Source: a virus (Duplodnaviria > Caudoviricetes). Taken from it: a stretch of 64,000 nt of DNA. Positions 36,016 through 45,173 of the stretch are shown piece after piece. The stretch lies in the IMG/VR virus record IMGVR_UViG_3300017754_001850, positions 2,451 to 66,450 of that record, one strand, 5' to 3'. The translations under genes and the position numbers were made by a program. Each line of letters opens with the position of its first letter. Position 1 is the stretch's first letter. A model generated the notes under the pieces. It was not told the origin of the DNA, did not search any database, and saw only the letters and a program-made list of their open reading frames with translations.

Positions 36016-36164
36016 TTCACCTCCACTTCATACTGATCGATCTCCATCCACAGGCCGATGCGTCCTTGCTGCGCCGAGAAGGCGGTGGCTTTTTCCTTCG
36101 TACTGAAGACGTGGCATTAGGTGTGGGTATTTTCGTCCTGAAGGACGACTACGTGTACGGTCAT
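36012..36164 (-). pseudogene. 50-codon gene with an in-frame TAA at codon 16
   Basis: MTVHVVVLQDENTHT*CHVFSTKEKA...YEVEVK; coupled at both ends. Confidence 0.5.
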
Positions 36165-36328
36165 TTCTCCCTCGCCAACCTCAGTATCCGCCGTGTGTAC
36201 TCCGATCGAAGTTCACCTCGGCGCTTGGGGTGCTTGTTCACAGCGTTCATCACCAGTTGCTCTTGGCCGCGCGGCATATCGCGGAGCGCTGGCGGAATTT
36301 TGTATACATCGTCGGGGATATTCGTCAT
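36161..36328 (-). CDS. hypothetical protein, 55 aa
   Basis: ATGA overlaps at both ends. Confidence 0.55.
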   Translation of the reverse strand: MTNIPDDVYKIPPALRDMPRGQEQLVMNAVNKHPKRRGELRSEYTRRILRLAREK

Positions 36329-36438
36329 TTGGGTTTGCTGGGGCAGGTCGGTGGGTGTTTAGGCCATTCTCGGGCGGTCATCCATTTCCCGCACATGCCG
36401 CATTGGTACTGTTTGGGCTTGCGCCCCATTTTTGCCAT
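36325..36438 (-). CDS. 37-aa zinc-finger peptide (GRKPK + CxxC...H...C), leaderless
   Basis: MAKMGRKPKQYQCGMCGKWMTAREWPKHPPTCPSKPK. Confidence 0.6.
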   Translation of the reverse strand: MAKMGRKPKQYQCGMCGKWMTAREWPKHPPTCPSKPK

Positions 36439-36440
36439 CA

Positions 36441-36475
36441 TTGACATTGTTGCGCAAAGTAAGGCATACTGTCAA
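36441..36475. promoter_or_regulatory. overlapping divergent promoters
   Basis: + strand TTGACA-18-CATACT; - strand TTGACA-18-AACAAT. Confidence 0.7.
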
Positions 36476-36486
36476 TAGGAGATTGA

Positions 36487-36630
36487 ATGCACCAGCAAGC
36501 CAATGACAAGCCAGTAAACAGCGTCGTTGATCTCGTAGAGAGGTACGTCACACACATTATGAGCGCAGGCGAAGACGAGGCCGTGCGCTGCACGAACGAA
36601 GGCGGCACTCCGCCACAGGAGTCCAAATGA
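36487..36630 (+). CDS. hypothetical protein, 47 aa
   Basis: SD AGGAG; ATGA overlap. Confidence 0.5.
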   Translation: MHQQANDKPVNSVVDLVERYVTHIMSAGEDEAVRCTNEGGTPPQESK

Positions 36631-36803
36631 TCACCACCCGAGACCTAATCATCCTTGCGATCGGGGCACTCGCAAGCTATTTGTTGCTCTCCATAGCCGC
36701 CCACTATATGGCTCCGCCATGCGGCTTCGATGGCCAGCCCGACGCGCATTGGCAGGCGGAGTTCAATAAGCTGGAAGAGAAGTATAAGGGAGGTGTGAAG
36801 TGA
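36627..36803 (+). CDS. membrane-anchored small protein, 58 aa
   Basis: N-terminal hydrophobic helix. Confidence 0.5.
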   Translation: MITTRDLIILAIGALASYLLLSIAAHYMAPPCGFDGQPDAHWQAEFNKLEEKYKGGVK

Positions 36804-37010
36804 ATCCATTAGGCCCATGGGCGACCTCAGATATGTTTCGCCGCTGGCACCCCTTCGACGCCCTGCTAGCTGAGCGGCGGGCTGTACTTGCTGGCGAGCG
36901 GCAGGAGGTTGAGGCTTCTGTGAAGAAAGACGCCGCATGGTGGGATGAGCGGAGGTTGGGATGAACGAGATTCCTGACGCCGCCACCGACCCATACGAGA
37001 TGGAAACCGA

Positions 37011-37295
37011 ATGAACACTCAACCACCACCCATCCACACCGACGAAAGACACACTGTTGACGCCGTGCGAGAAGATCTTGATACGCGCAAGCAAATGGGG
37101 ATCAAGAAGTACGGCGTGGCTTTGCAGCCATCCAACGGGAGAGACTCGCTGCAAGACGCCTACGAAGAGGCCCTCGATCTGTGCGTGTACCTGAAGAACG
37201 AGATCCTGCGGCGGGAGGTCGATATGAGGATCGCTAAGGCTGTAGAGAATTCCAAAATGTCGCGTGGGTGCTTGTGCTGCGATAATCCAAGGTAA
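37011..37295 (+). CDS. hypothetical phage protein
   Basis: R..MGIKKYG..L.PSNGRDSLQDAYEEALD motif. Confidence 0.7.
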   Translation: MNTQPPPIHTDERHTVDAVREDLDTRKQMGIKKYGVALQPSNGRDSLQDAYEEALDLCVYLKNEILRREVDMRIAKAVENSKMSRGCLCCDNPR

Positions 37296-38993
37296 ATGGC
37301 AAGACCTAAACGAGAACCAGTTCCAGTATTCGTGGATGAAGATGCGAAGGCGCGCGAGGACATAGCCGAGTTCCATCGGATGCGCGAGTTGATGGGCGGG
37401 AAGTTCACTGACGTGGAGATCCGCCAAAAGGTCGAAGCCATGCCGCCTGAGACGCGGCAGAAGGTCGCGCAGATGGTCGCTACGCTGACTAAGCGGTTTG
37501 GCGTGGCTAGGGCGAGGTTGGACTTTGCGGAGTTTGCGAAGCGGATTGATCCGGATCGGTTGCCGGGGCGGCATTTCAGTATTCTGGAGAACGCTTTCCA
37601 TCGGATTGCTGAGGGGGAAGCAGTCAGGCTGATTATCAATATCGCCCCTCGTCGCGGAAAGTCAGAGTATTCGTCGTACCTGTTTCCGGCTTGGTTCATC
37701 GGCAGGTTCCCTAAAAAGAAGCTGATGTGCATCACGAACGTAAAAACACTCGCCGCTGACTTTGGTGCCAAGATCAGGAACTTGCTGGACACGCCGGAGT
37801 ATCAGGAAGTATTCCCAAGCGTTAGGCTATCGAAGGATGCGTTTGCTAAGGATAAGTGGCGCACGAACTACAAGGGCGAGTATTTCGCAGGCGGCGTCGG
37901 GTCGACCGTATATGGTCGCGGCGCTGATCTTCTAGTCCTGGACGATGTCCACTCAGAACGAGAGAGCACTGACGGGAAGATGGAACCGCCGTCAAAAGAG
38001 GACTACGACATGGCCTGGAACTGGTATCAATCGATACTGAGTCGATTGCATCCAGGTGGTTCGATCCTTGTCGTTATGCAGCGGTGGTCGCGGCACGACC
38101 TGACGGGGCGGCTGATCGACGCAGCGAAGCGGAATCCGAACGGGCAGCAGTGGGAGGTTATCACCTTGCCAGCGTTGGAAGAAGTACAGAACGCTGAGGG
38201 TGATTCAGAGTGGCAGTCGACGTGGCCCGAGTTCTGGCCGACGCCTGCCGTACTCCAACTCCGCGAAACGATGATGTCTGAACCCGGTGGCGCATGGCGC
38301 TGGAACTCGATGTACCAGCAGGATCCGAGTGCTGATGTCGTATCGATGATGAAGCGGGATTATTGGAAGCGCTGGGAGGACGGCAAGCGCGCCCCCGTAT
38401 GCGAGTTCGTCATCCAATCATGGGACATGGCGGCGACGAAGAATGACAAGTCAAACTACTCGGCTTGCACGACTTGGGGTGTATTCCGCACGTCGGCGAA
38501 GGAAGACAAGGGAGTTTACAATATCATTCTGATCGATGCGGAGCGCGGGAAGTGGGACTTCCCTGACTTGAAGAAGGCGGTCGTTCGCAAATACCGATCG
38601 GTCGTGAAAGACGGGCATCCTGACTGCCTGCTTGTGGAAAACAAGAGTGCGGGTATCCAGTTGATCCAAGAGTTGCGGGAGACTGGCGTGCCAGTGACAG
38701 CGTACAAGCCAGCCGGTAACCAGTACATGGCGTCGAACGACAAGATATCCCGCGTAAACCGGATTCTGGAGATGTTTACCTCCGGCCTTGTGTGGGCACC
38801 GAAGCGGGCGTGGGCGGAAGAGGTGATCGAGGAATGCGCCGAGTTCCCTAACGGCCAGTACGACGATTACGTGGATACCGTGTCGCAGGCGCTGGCGAAA
38901 TTCCGCGAGGGTGGGTTCATCCGGTTTGAGACGGATGAGGAAGAGACGGAAGAGGAAAGTGTGGGCGTGGCATCGTACTATAATTTGGGGTGA
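37296..38993 (+). CDS. terL: terminase large subunit
   Basis: APRRGKS Walker A, LVLDD Walker B, QSWD...YSAC and DDYVD nuclease motifs. Confidence 0.95.
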   Translation: MARPKREPVPVFVDEDAKAREDIAEFHRMRELMGGKFTDVEIRQKVEAMPPETRQKVAQMVATLTKRFGVARARLDFAEFAKRIDPDRLPGRHFSILENAFHRIAEGEAVRLIINIAPRRGKSEYSSYLFPAWFIGRFPKKKLMCITNVKTLAADFGAKIRNLLDTPEYQEVFPSVRLSKDAFAKDKWRTNYKGEYFAGGVGSTVYGRGADLLVLDDVHSERESTDGKMEPPSKEDYDMAWNWYQSILSRLHPGGSILVVMQRWSRHDLTGRLIDAAKRNPNGQQWEVITLPALEEVQNAEGDSEWQSTWPEFWPTPAVLQLRETMMSEPGGAWRWNSMYQQDPSADVVSMMKRDYWKRWEDGKRAPVCEFVIQSWDMAATKNDKSNYSACTTWGVFRTSAKEDKGVYNIILIDAERGKWDFPDLKKAVVRKYRSVVKDGHPDCLLVENKSAGIQLIQELRETGVPVTAYKPAGNQYMASNDKISRVNRILEMFTSGLVWAPKRAWAEEVIEECAEFPNGQYDDYVDTVSQALAKFREGGFIRFETDEEETEEESVGVASYYNLG

Positions 38994-39022
38994 TAGTTTC
39001 GCGCTATGGTATAACTTAATCA

Positions 39023-41479
39023 ATGTTCGACCGCGTTAACCCGATCGAAGACGAACCGATACTCTCCGTTGAAATCGAGACGGTGGAGGAGCCTGTCTTT
39101 GAGGGCGAACTCCAGGAGTTTGAGGACGGATCGTATGGGTACGAGGAAGAGCCTCCGCCGATTACTGTAGCGTTTGACGCGAATTTGGCGTTAACTCTGG
39201 AAGAGTCTGAACTGCGGAAGATCGGCAGTCAGCTTTGGTCGGAGATCGACGCCGACAAGATGTCGCGTAGTGACTGGGAGGACGCCTATCGCAAGGGCCT
39301 CAATCTGCTGGGAATGAAGACGGAAGAGGTTTCAACCCCATGGCCCGGTGCCTGCGGGTTGTTCTCTACGCTGATTCCGGAAGCGGTTGTTCGATTCCAG
39401 TCGAACGCGATCATGGAGATTTTCCCGCCGTCTGGTCCTGCTAAGGCGAACATTATCGGCGAAATCACCGAGGATCGCGAGAAGCAGGCGCAGCGGGTAG
39501 TCGCTGAGTTCAATTATCAACTCACGGAGAAGCTGGAAGACTACCGGCCTGAGACAGAGAAGCTGCTGTTTGGTCTTGCGACCTGCGGTTCAGCGTTCCG
39601 GAAGCTGTATCCGGATCCAATTACTGGAGAACCAGCGGCCCGTTATATCCCTGCTGAGAAGTTTATCGTCCCCTACGGTGCGGTATCGTTGCGCAAGTCG
39701 CCGCGCTACACCGAAGTGTTCACGATATCCAAGAACGAACTGCATCGGTTGCAGGTGAGCGGGTTCTACAGTGATGCGCCGGTCGATGAAGCGATGCCGG
39801 TCACGTCGTCTCTCCAGGAGAAGAAGGATGAGATCAACCGGGAAGACCCGCCGCCGACGCTTGACGGTGAGATCGAACTCTTTGAATGCCATGCGGACAT
39901 CGATATTGGCGAAGATCCTGATGGCATCGCGCTGCCGTATATCATTACGCTTGACCAGAGCGGAACGGTTATTGGACTGTATCGTAACTGGCGCGAGGAT
40001 GACCCGTTCAAGCGGAAGATCCTTTGGTACGTCGACTACTCCTACGTTCCTGGCCTTGGCTTCTACGGATACGGCTTACTTCACCTGATTGGCGCGTCGG
40101 CAAAAGCGGCGACGATGATCCTGCGCCAGCTTATCGACGCTGGTACCCTGGCAAACCTCCCTGGTGGACTGAAGGCGAAGGGCTTGCGGATGAAGGGCGA
40201 CTCGTCGCCTATCCGTCCTGGCGAGTGGCGTGAAGCCGACGTGAGTGGCATGAAGCTCTCCGAGTCTTTCATGCCGTTGCCGTATAAAGACCCGTCTACA
40301 GTGCTTCTTGCACTGTTGCAGAACGTGGTCGAAGAGGGACGGAAGCTAGGTTCGATTGCTGATGTTGAGATCGGCGACGTATCCGCGCAGGCTCCGGTAG
40401 GTACGACGCTCGCGATTATGGATCGGGCGATGAAAGTGATGAGCGCGGTCCAGGCTCGCCTCCATAACTCGATGAAGTTGGAGTTCCGGATCCTCGGTCG
40501 TCTGATTCGAGACTCAAAGAAGGACAGCTACGACTACGACGTAGACGGTCCGCGCGAGATCAAGCGGTCTGACTTCGACGACCGTATTGACATCCTGCCG
40601 GTAAGCGACCCGAATGCGGCGACACTCCCGCAGCGGGTGACACAGTACCAGTCAGCAATCCAGATGTCAGCAACCGCGCCGCAGATTTACAACCTGCCTT
40701 TATTGCATCGAAAGATGTTGGAAGTGCTGGGTATCCGCGATGCTGAGCGTATTGTTCCGGACAAGGAATCAATCCCGCCGCTCGATCAGGTGACCGAGAA
40801 CCAGATGATTACGAATATGCAGCCGGTGAAGGTATACGAGTGGCAACCTCACGAGCAGCATATGGCGATTCTGGAAGCGTACATTAAAGACCCAGCGACC
40901 GCCGCCGCGCTTGGGCAGAACCCGAACGCGAACGCGATCTTCGCCGCCGCTCAAGCGCATTACGCGGAGCATTATGGGTTCAAGTATCGGATTGATATGG
41001 CGCGAGAACTTGGCGTTCCGTTGCCGACGATGGACGACCACATGCCGCCTGAGATCGAGCAGAACATCGCACCTGCTATCGCTGAGGCAGCGCGTCGTCT
41101 GGCTGGCAAGCATCAAGCTGAGGCTGCGGCAAAAGAAGCCGAGGCCAAGGCGCAGGATCCGGTGATCCAGATGCAGCAAGCTGAGTTGCAGATCAAAGCT
41201 GAGACGGTCAAGCAGAAGCCGCAGATCGAACAGATGAAGATCCAGGCTGGACTCCAGAAGGTTGCAGCGCAACAGCAAACTGAGATGGAGCGGATTAAGT
41301 CGAACGAGCGGCTTGCCTCTGAATCTGCGATCGATAAGAACGAACAATTTTTGGCTGAGTTGAAGCTGCAGCATCAAGAGTTCATGCTCAACCAGCAGCG
41401 TGCCATGGCGGAGATCGCCGAGAAGATGGCGCGTATAGAGGAGATGCAACGTGGCAACTCTGCGAACCAGATACCATAG
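39023..41479 (+). CDS. portal protein (P22-like)
   Basis: 818 aa after terL; LIDAGTLANLPGG, APVGTTLA; Q-rich coiled-coil tail. Confidence 0.92.
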   Translation: MFDRVNPIEDEPILSVEIETVEEPVFEGELQEFEDGSYGYEEEPPPITVAFDANLALTLEESELRKIGSQLWSEIDADKMSRSDWEDAYRKGLNLLGMKTEEVSTPWPGACGLFSTLIPEAVVRFQSNAIMEIFPPSGPAKANIIGEITEDREKQAQRVVAEFNYQLTEKLEDYRPETEKLLFGLATCGSAFRKLYPDPITGEPAARYIPAEKFIVPYGAVSLRKSPRYTEVFTISKNELHRLQVSGFYSDAPVDEAMPVTSSLQEKKDEINREDPPPTLDGEIELFECHADIDIGEDPDGIALPYIITLDQSGTVIGLYRNWREDDPFKRKILWYVDYSYVPGLGFYGYGLLHLIGASAKAATMILRQLIDAGTLANLPGGLKAKGLRMKGDSSPIRPGEWREADVSGMKLSESFMPLPYKDPSTVLLALLQNVVEEGRKLGSIADVEIGDVSAQAPVGTTLAIMDRAMKVMSAVQARLHNSMKLEFRILGRLIRDSKKDSYDYDVDGPREIKRSDFDDRIDILPVSDPNAATLPQRVTQYQSAIQMSATAPQIYNLPLLHRKMLEVLGIRDAERIVPDKESIPPLDQVTENQMITNMQPVKVYEWQPHEQHMAILEAYIKDPATAAALGQNPNANAIFAAAQAHYAEHYGFKYRIDMARELGVPLPTMDDHMPPEIEQNIAPAIAEAARRLAGKHQAEAAAKEAEAKAQDPVIQMQQAELQIKAETVKQKPQIEQMKIQAGLQKVAAQQQTEMERIKSNERLASESAIDKNEQFLAELKLQHQEFMLNQQRAMAEIAEKMARIEEMQRGNSANQIP

Positions 41480-41657
41480 CGCAATCTCCGACAAGATCGC
41501 GGCGCAGTCGGACATGCTGTCCGATGATCGGTGTGCAAACATCGAGCAATATCGCCGCGCATGTGGGATCATCTACGGTCTGAAGATGGCCCTCGAAGAG
41601 TTCGACGAAGTTATGTCGAAAATCCCAGACAATGAAGAAGTGGAGGACACTGCATGA
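41451..41657 (+). CDS. small head-module protein
   Basis: EQYRRACGIIYGL motif after the portal gene. Confidence 0.75.
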   Translation: MATLRTRYHSAISDKIAAQSDMLSDDRCANIEQYRRACGIIYGLKMALEEFDEVMSKIPDNEEVEDTA

Positions 41658-42055
41658 GCACAGTGTTAGAACCCATCCGCACAGTATCGGGTGTGGCGAT
41701 CGAAGACTTACCGCAGCCGCGTGGCCCGTACATGCTGGTGAAGATGCGGAAGTTGAGCGAAAAGGTGAGCAAAGAGAGCCTTCTCTATGTTCCAGAGATC
41801 CGTATTGCCGACGAGCAGCACGCCTGCCCGCTGGCTGAAGTCATCTTGCTTGGGCCTGAGTGCTTCAACAACCCGCCCGAGAACTTCCCTGCCGGTGCGC
41901 GATGCAAGGAAGGCGACATCACTATCATGGCTCCCTACGCCGGTCAGCGAATGCTGGTCGGTAGCGAGATTGAAGCCGATGAGTATCGCCTGGTTGCCGA
42001 CGCCTGCGTGACCGCCGTGGTCCCTGCCCCTGAACTGGTGCGGAGGAATATGTAA
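41654..42055 (+). CDS. GroES/Cpn10-like co-chaperonin
   Basis: LPQP.GPYMLV, LLYVP, AEVILLGP, KEGD...YAG, YRLV.D. Confidence 0.8.
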   Translation: MSTVLEPIRTVSGVAIEDLPQPRGPYMLVKMRKLSEKVSKESLLYVPEIRIADEQHACPLAEVILLGPECFNNPPENFPAGARCKEGDITIMAPYAGQRMLVGSEIEADEYRLVADACVTAVVPAPELVRRNM

Positions 42056-42969
42056 TGGAAGATGAAATCCTCGTAGAAGGCGACGAACAAGAACTTCCAA
42101 TCGAAGTCGAAGTCGAACCGGAAGTAGTATCGGATCGACCGGCGTTCGATGAGGCCGCGATCAAGGCGCAGGAAGAAGAAGACGCGCAGGACATCGAGAA
42201 GTTCCCTCGCCCGATCAAGAAGCGGTTCGAGACGCTGACGTACCATGTGCGTGAGCGTGAACGGCAGATCGAAGAGGAGCGGAAGAACTCCCAGGCGCTT
42301 CTCGAATACGCCAACGGCGCGAAGAGTGTGATCGAGCAGTTGTCCCGCGAGAAGGAAGAACTTCAGAAGTCCCTCCAGCGCGAGGCGCTTGCTGCTCGTG
42401 AGGCGCAGATTCATTCTGTGCAGCGCGAGTTCGCCGCCGCCCGTGAGTCTGCTGACATCGACAAGGAAGTCGAAGCGAACCGGAAGCTGGCGGAGATCAC
42501 GCAGCAACGGTCGCAGATCGCCCAATTCCAGCCGCAGGCAGCGTTCCAGCCACCTCCCCCACCGCAACGCCAGCAAGTAGACCCACAGCTTCCGCCTGAG
42601 ACGGTAGAGTGGGTCCAAAAGAATACGTGGTTCCTAGAAGACCGTAAAATGCAACGCTACGCTGTTGACTTCTCGCAAGAGCTTGTCCAGCAAGGGGTTG
42701 CAGAGGGAACACAGACTTACTATAATCGCATTGACGCAGAGATGCGCAAGAGATTCCCGGAGAGTTTTGAAACTAGCGCAATGAATGATATCGCCAAGAC
42801 CCAACCCGCCGCAAGAACTGTGAGCCGCCCGCCCGTCGCTACTGCCGCCCGTACCAACGGCGCTGTAAGTGGCGCACGGAAAGTAGTCCTGACCGCCACC
42901 GAAGCAGCAGCCGCAAGAAAGATCGGTGTGCCGCTCGAAGAATACGCGAAGTACGTGAAGAGAGGCTAA
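42055..42969 (+). CDS. capsid scaffolding protein
   Basis: Acidic coiled coil; C-terminal LT..EAAAARKIGVPLEEYAK. Confidence 0.8.
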   Translation: MEDEILVEGDEQELPIEVEVEPEVVSDRPAFDEAAIKAQEEEDAQDIEKFPRPIKKRFETLTYHVRERERQIEEERKNSQALLEYANGAKSVIEQLSREKEELQKSLQREALAAREAQIHSVQREFAAARESADIDKEVEANRKLAEITQQRSQIAQFQPQAAFQPPPPPQRQQVDPQLPPETVEWVQKNTWFLEDRKMQRYAVDFSQELVQQGVAEGTQTYYNRIDAEMRKRFPESFETSAMNDIAKTQPAARTVSRPPVATAARTNGAVSGARKVVLTATEAAAARKIGVPLEEYAKYVKRG

Positions 42970-42970
42970 T

Positions 42971-43495
42971 ATGGCAATCGCACCTCGGACCCTAATCACC
43001 CCTCCCGTCAACGCTATTCCCGGCGATAGGGCACTTAATGCACGCGAGGAAGAATCGCGCAAGTACGTGTACGAGCCTCCCGGCAAACTGCCGAAGGTTA
43101 AGAAGAGTGCTGACTGGACCCACAGGTGGTGTCGCTTCCGTATCAAAGCGGGTGTCGACGATCCTGGCAATATGGGCAAGCACAAGCGAGACGGCTACGA
43201 GCCTGTCAAGTTTGAGCAGCGGTTTGAAGTACTAGAGCATCCAGACACCGTATTCCCTGATTCCTCAGGTAATATCGTCATCGGGGATCTGGTTCTTTGC
43301 CTGCGCCACGCCTATATCACGCAAGGGCGCAGAGAGTACTACGAAGACCTGACGAAGAAGCAGTTGCGCGGGGCTCAACAACAGGCCTCGAAGAATCAGC
43401 ACACCCAAGGGATAGACCCTCGCCACGGCAGGGTCGAGGATAGTTCTCGGTCTACCTTCCAATCAGGTAAGGCCGTAGACTTCTCCGACGACTAG
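42971..43495 (+). CDS. head-module hypothetical protein
   Basis: RWCR...REGY-like and IGDLVLC motifs; position between scaffold and capsid genes. Confidence 0.75.
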   Translation: MAIAPRTLITPPVNAIPGDRALNAREEESRKYVYEPPGKLPKVKKSADWTHRWCRFRIKAGVDDPGNMGKHKRDGYEPVKFEQRFEVLEHPDTVFPDSSGNIVIGDLVLCLRHAYITQGRREYYEDLTKKQLRGAQQQASKNQHTQGIDPRHGRVEDSSRSTFQSGKAVDFSDD

Positions 43496-43535
43496 GGCTT
43501 GTTGAGACTTCTCTATCTTCTGGAGAGTCTTACTC

Positions 43536-44135
43536 ATGTCAGCTACTTCCGCTCCGTATGGGTTGAAACCCATTTACGACGTTGGTGGCAGTGTGCGCGG
43601 TCAGGTGACGATGATCACCCTCGGCGCTAACACTGCTACCGCGTTTTACAACGGTGACATCGTCAATGTCGGGGTCGGTGTTGCCACCCCCGTTGCCGCT
43701 ACGCCCACCACCACCCGCAACGGCAATACCCCGTGGGGCATCTTCATTGGTGCCAACTGGACCGACCAGAACGGTCGCCCCCAGTACACACAGTATTTGC
43801 CTGCCAACGCCTACACCTCCTATAACGCCTACGGCCCGATCACGCTTGAAGTTGTGACCGACCCGGATGTTCGCATGATGGTGCAGGCTAACGGGTCCGT
43901 CGCCTATACCGCCATCGGCCTCAACGCGCCGCTCGGTGGGTTTGGTGGCAGCACTGTTACTGGCAATTCCAGCGTCCACTTGGTCGCCGCCTCGGCTGCT
44001 ACCACCAACACGCTGGCCGTCAAAATCATCGACATCGCTCCTGGCCCCGACAACGCGGCTGGCGATGCCTACACGGACTGCATCGTTATCTGGAATCAGA
44101 ACGTGCACGCCTTCAAGAACATCCTGGGAGCCTAA
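43536..44135 (+). CDS. capsid decoration/cement-like protein
   Basis: APYGLKP...DPD..MVQ; immediately upstream of the capsid gene. Confidence 0.7.
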   Translation: MSATSAPYGLKPIYDVGGSVRGQVTMITLGANTATAFYNGDIVNVGVGVATPVAATPTTTRNGNTPWGIFIGANWTDQNGRPQYTQYLPANAYTSYNAYGPITLEVVTDPDVRMMVQANGSVAYTAIGLNAPLGGFGGSTVTGNSSVHLVAASAATTNTLAVKIIDIAPGPDNAAGDAYTDCIVIWNQNVHAFKNILGA

Positions 44136-44138
44136 CCG

Positions 44139-45050
44139 ATGCCAGTCATTACGCGCGCACAAGCAAATCGAGAATTGACTCCTGGGCTGCACGCCTTGTG
44201 GGGTCTGGAAAACAAACGCTATCAGGACGAGTGGAAACCCATCTTCGAGATGAACACCTCTGAACGGGCGTTTGAAGAAGAAGTTGCCCTCTCCGGCTTC
44301 GGCTCTGCCGCCATCAAGACGGAAGGCGCGAGCGTCGAATACGACACGGCGCAAGAGTTCTACACCACGACCTATCGTCACGTCACCGTGGCGTTGGCCT
44401 TTGCCATCACGCAGGAAGCGATCGAAGACAACCTGTATGCTGATGTTGGTCGGCGCTACACGAAGGCGTGTGCGTGGTCGATGCAGAACACCAAAGAGGT
44501 GATGGGCGCTAGTGTTCTAAATAACGGGTTCTCGGCCAGCTACCTCGGTGGCGACGGCAAGCGCCTGTTCGCTACTGACCACCCGCTGGTCAGCGGCGGC
44601 GTGAACAGCAACCGCCCTGCCACCTACGTTGACCTGTCTGAGACGGCGTTGGAAAACGCGGTCATCCAGATCGGCGCGTGGAAAGACCAGCGCGGCTTGT
44701 TGATCGCAACGAAGCCGAAACAGCTTGTTGTGCCCAATGACCTCAGCTTCACTGCCGACAAACTGTTGGCGACGGTGCTGAAGGTTGACTCGGCTGACAA
44801 CACTATCAACTCCATCCTGCATACTGGGGCCATCCCGAAGGGCTATCACGTGAACCACTACCTCACTGATCCCGACGCTTGGTTCCTAACCACGGACGCG
44901 CCCGATGGGTTGAAGTACTTCAGCCGCATCCCGCGCAGCTTCGAGGAGGATGGCGACTTTGATACTGGTAACCTCCGGTACAAGGCCCGCGAGCGGTACA
45001 GCTTTCTTTGGACTAACCCCCTTGGCTGCTTTGGAAGTCAAGGCATCTAG
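44139..45050 (+). CDS. major capsid protein
   Basis: RELTPGLHALWG, SERAFEEEV, DGKRLFATDHP, RYKARERYSF. Confidence 0.92.
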   Translation: MPVITRAQANRELTPGLHALWGLENKRYQDEWKPIFEMNTSERAFEEEVALSGFGSAAIKTEGASVEYDTAQEFYTTTYRHVTVALAFAITQEAIEDNLYADVGRRYTKACAWSMQNTKEVMGASVLNNGFSASYLGGDGKRLFATDHPLVSGGVNSNRPATYVDLSETALENAVIQIGAWKDQRGLLIATKPKQLVVPNDLSFTADKLLATVLKVDSADNTINSILHTGAIPKGYHVNHYLTDPDAWFLTTDAPDGLKYFSRIPRSFEEDGDFDTGNLRYKARERYSFLWTNPLGCFGSQGI

Positions 45051-45090
45051 TTTCAACGACTTGCGAGCATAGGTAACATAACACTAACAT

Positions 45091-45157
45091 GACACGAGAG
45101 CGAGTAGCTAGGGCAAGGCAGACAATGTGTTTCGTCAGCGCATCTCGCTCTCGTGTT
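45091..45157 (+). promoter_or_regulatory. 13-bp stem upstream of the GIY-YIG gene
   Basis: ACACGAGAGCGAG (45092-45104) pairs with CTCGCTCTCGTGT (45144-45156). Confidence 0.55.
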
Positions 45158-45173
45158 TGCTCCTTGGGCGGCA

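Noticed and set aside
36012-36164. Genome-wide stop-codon reassignment
   Set aside because: Core genes are intact under code 11, and TAA, TAG and TGA all end genes.
36645-37601. Long antisense or alternative-frame ORFs in the track (also 308-1138, 29089-30348 as one ORF, 40769-41572, 43539-44381)
   Set aside because: These are shadows of well-supported genes in GC-rich DNA, with no motifs or SD.
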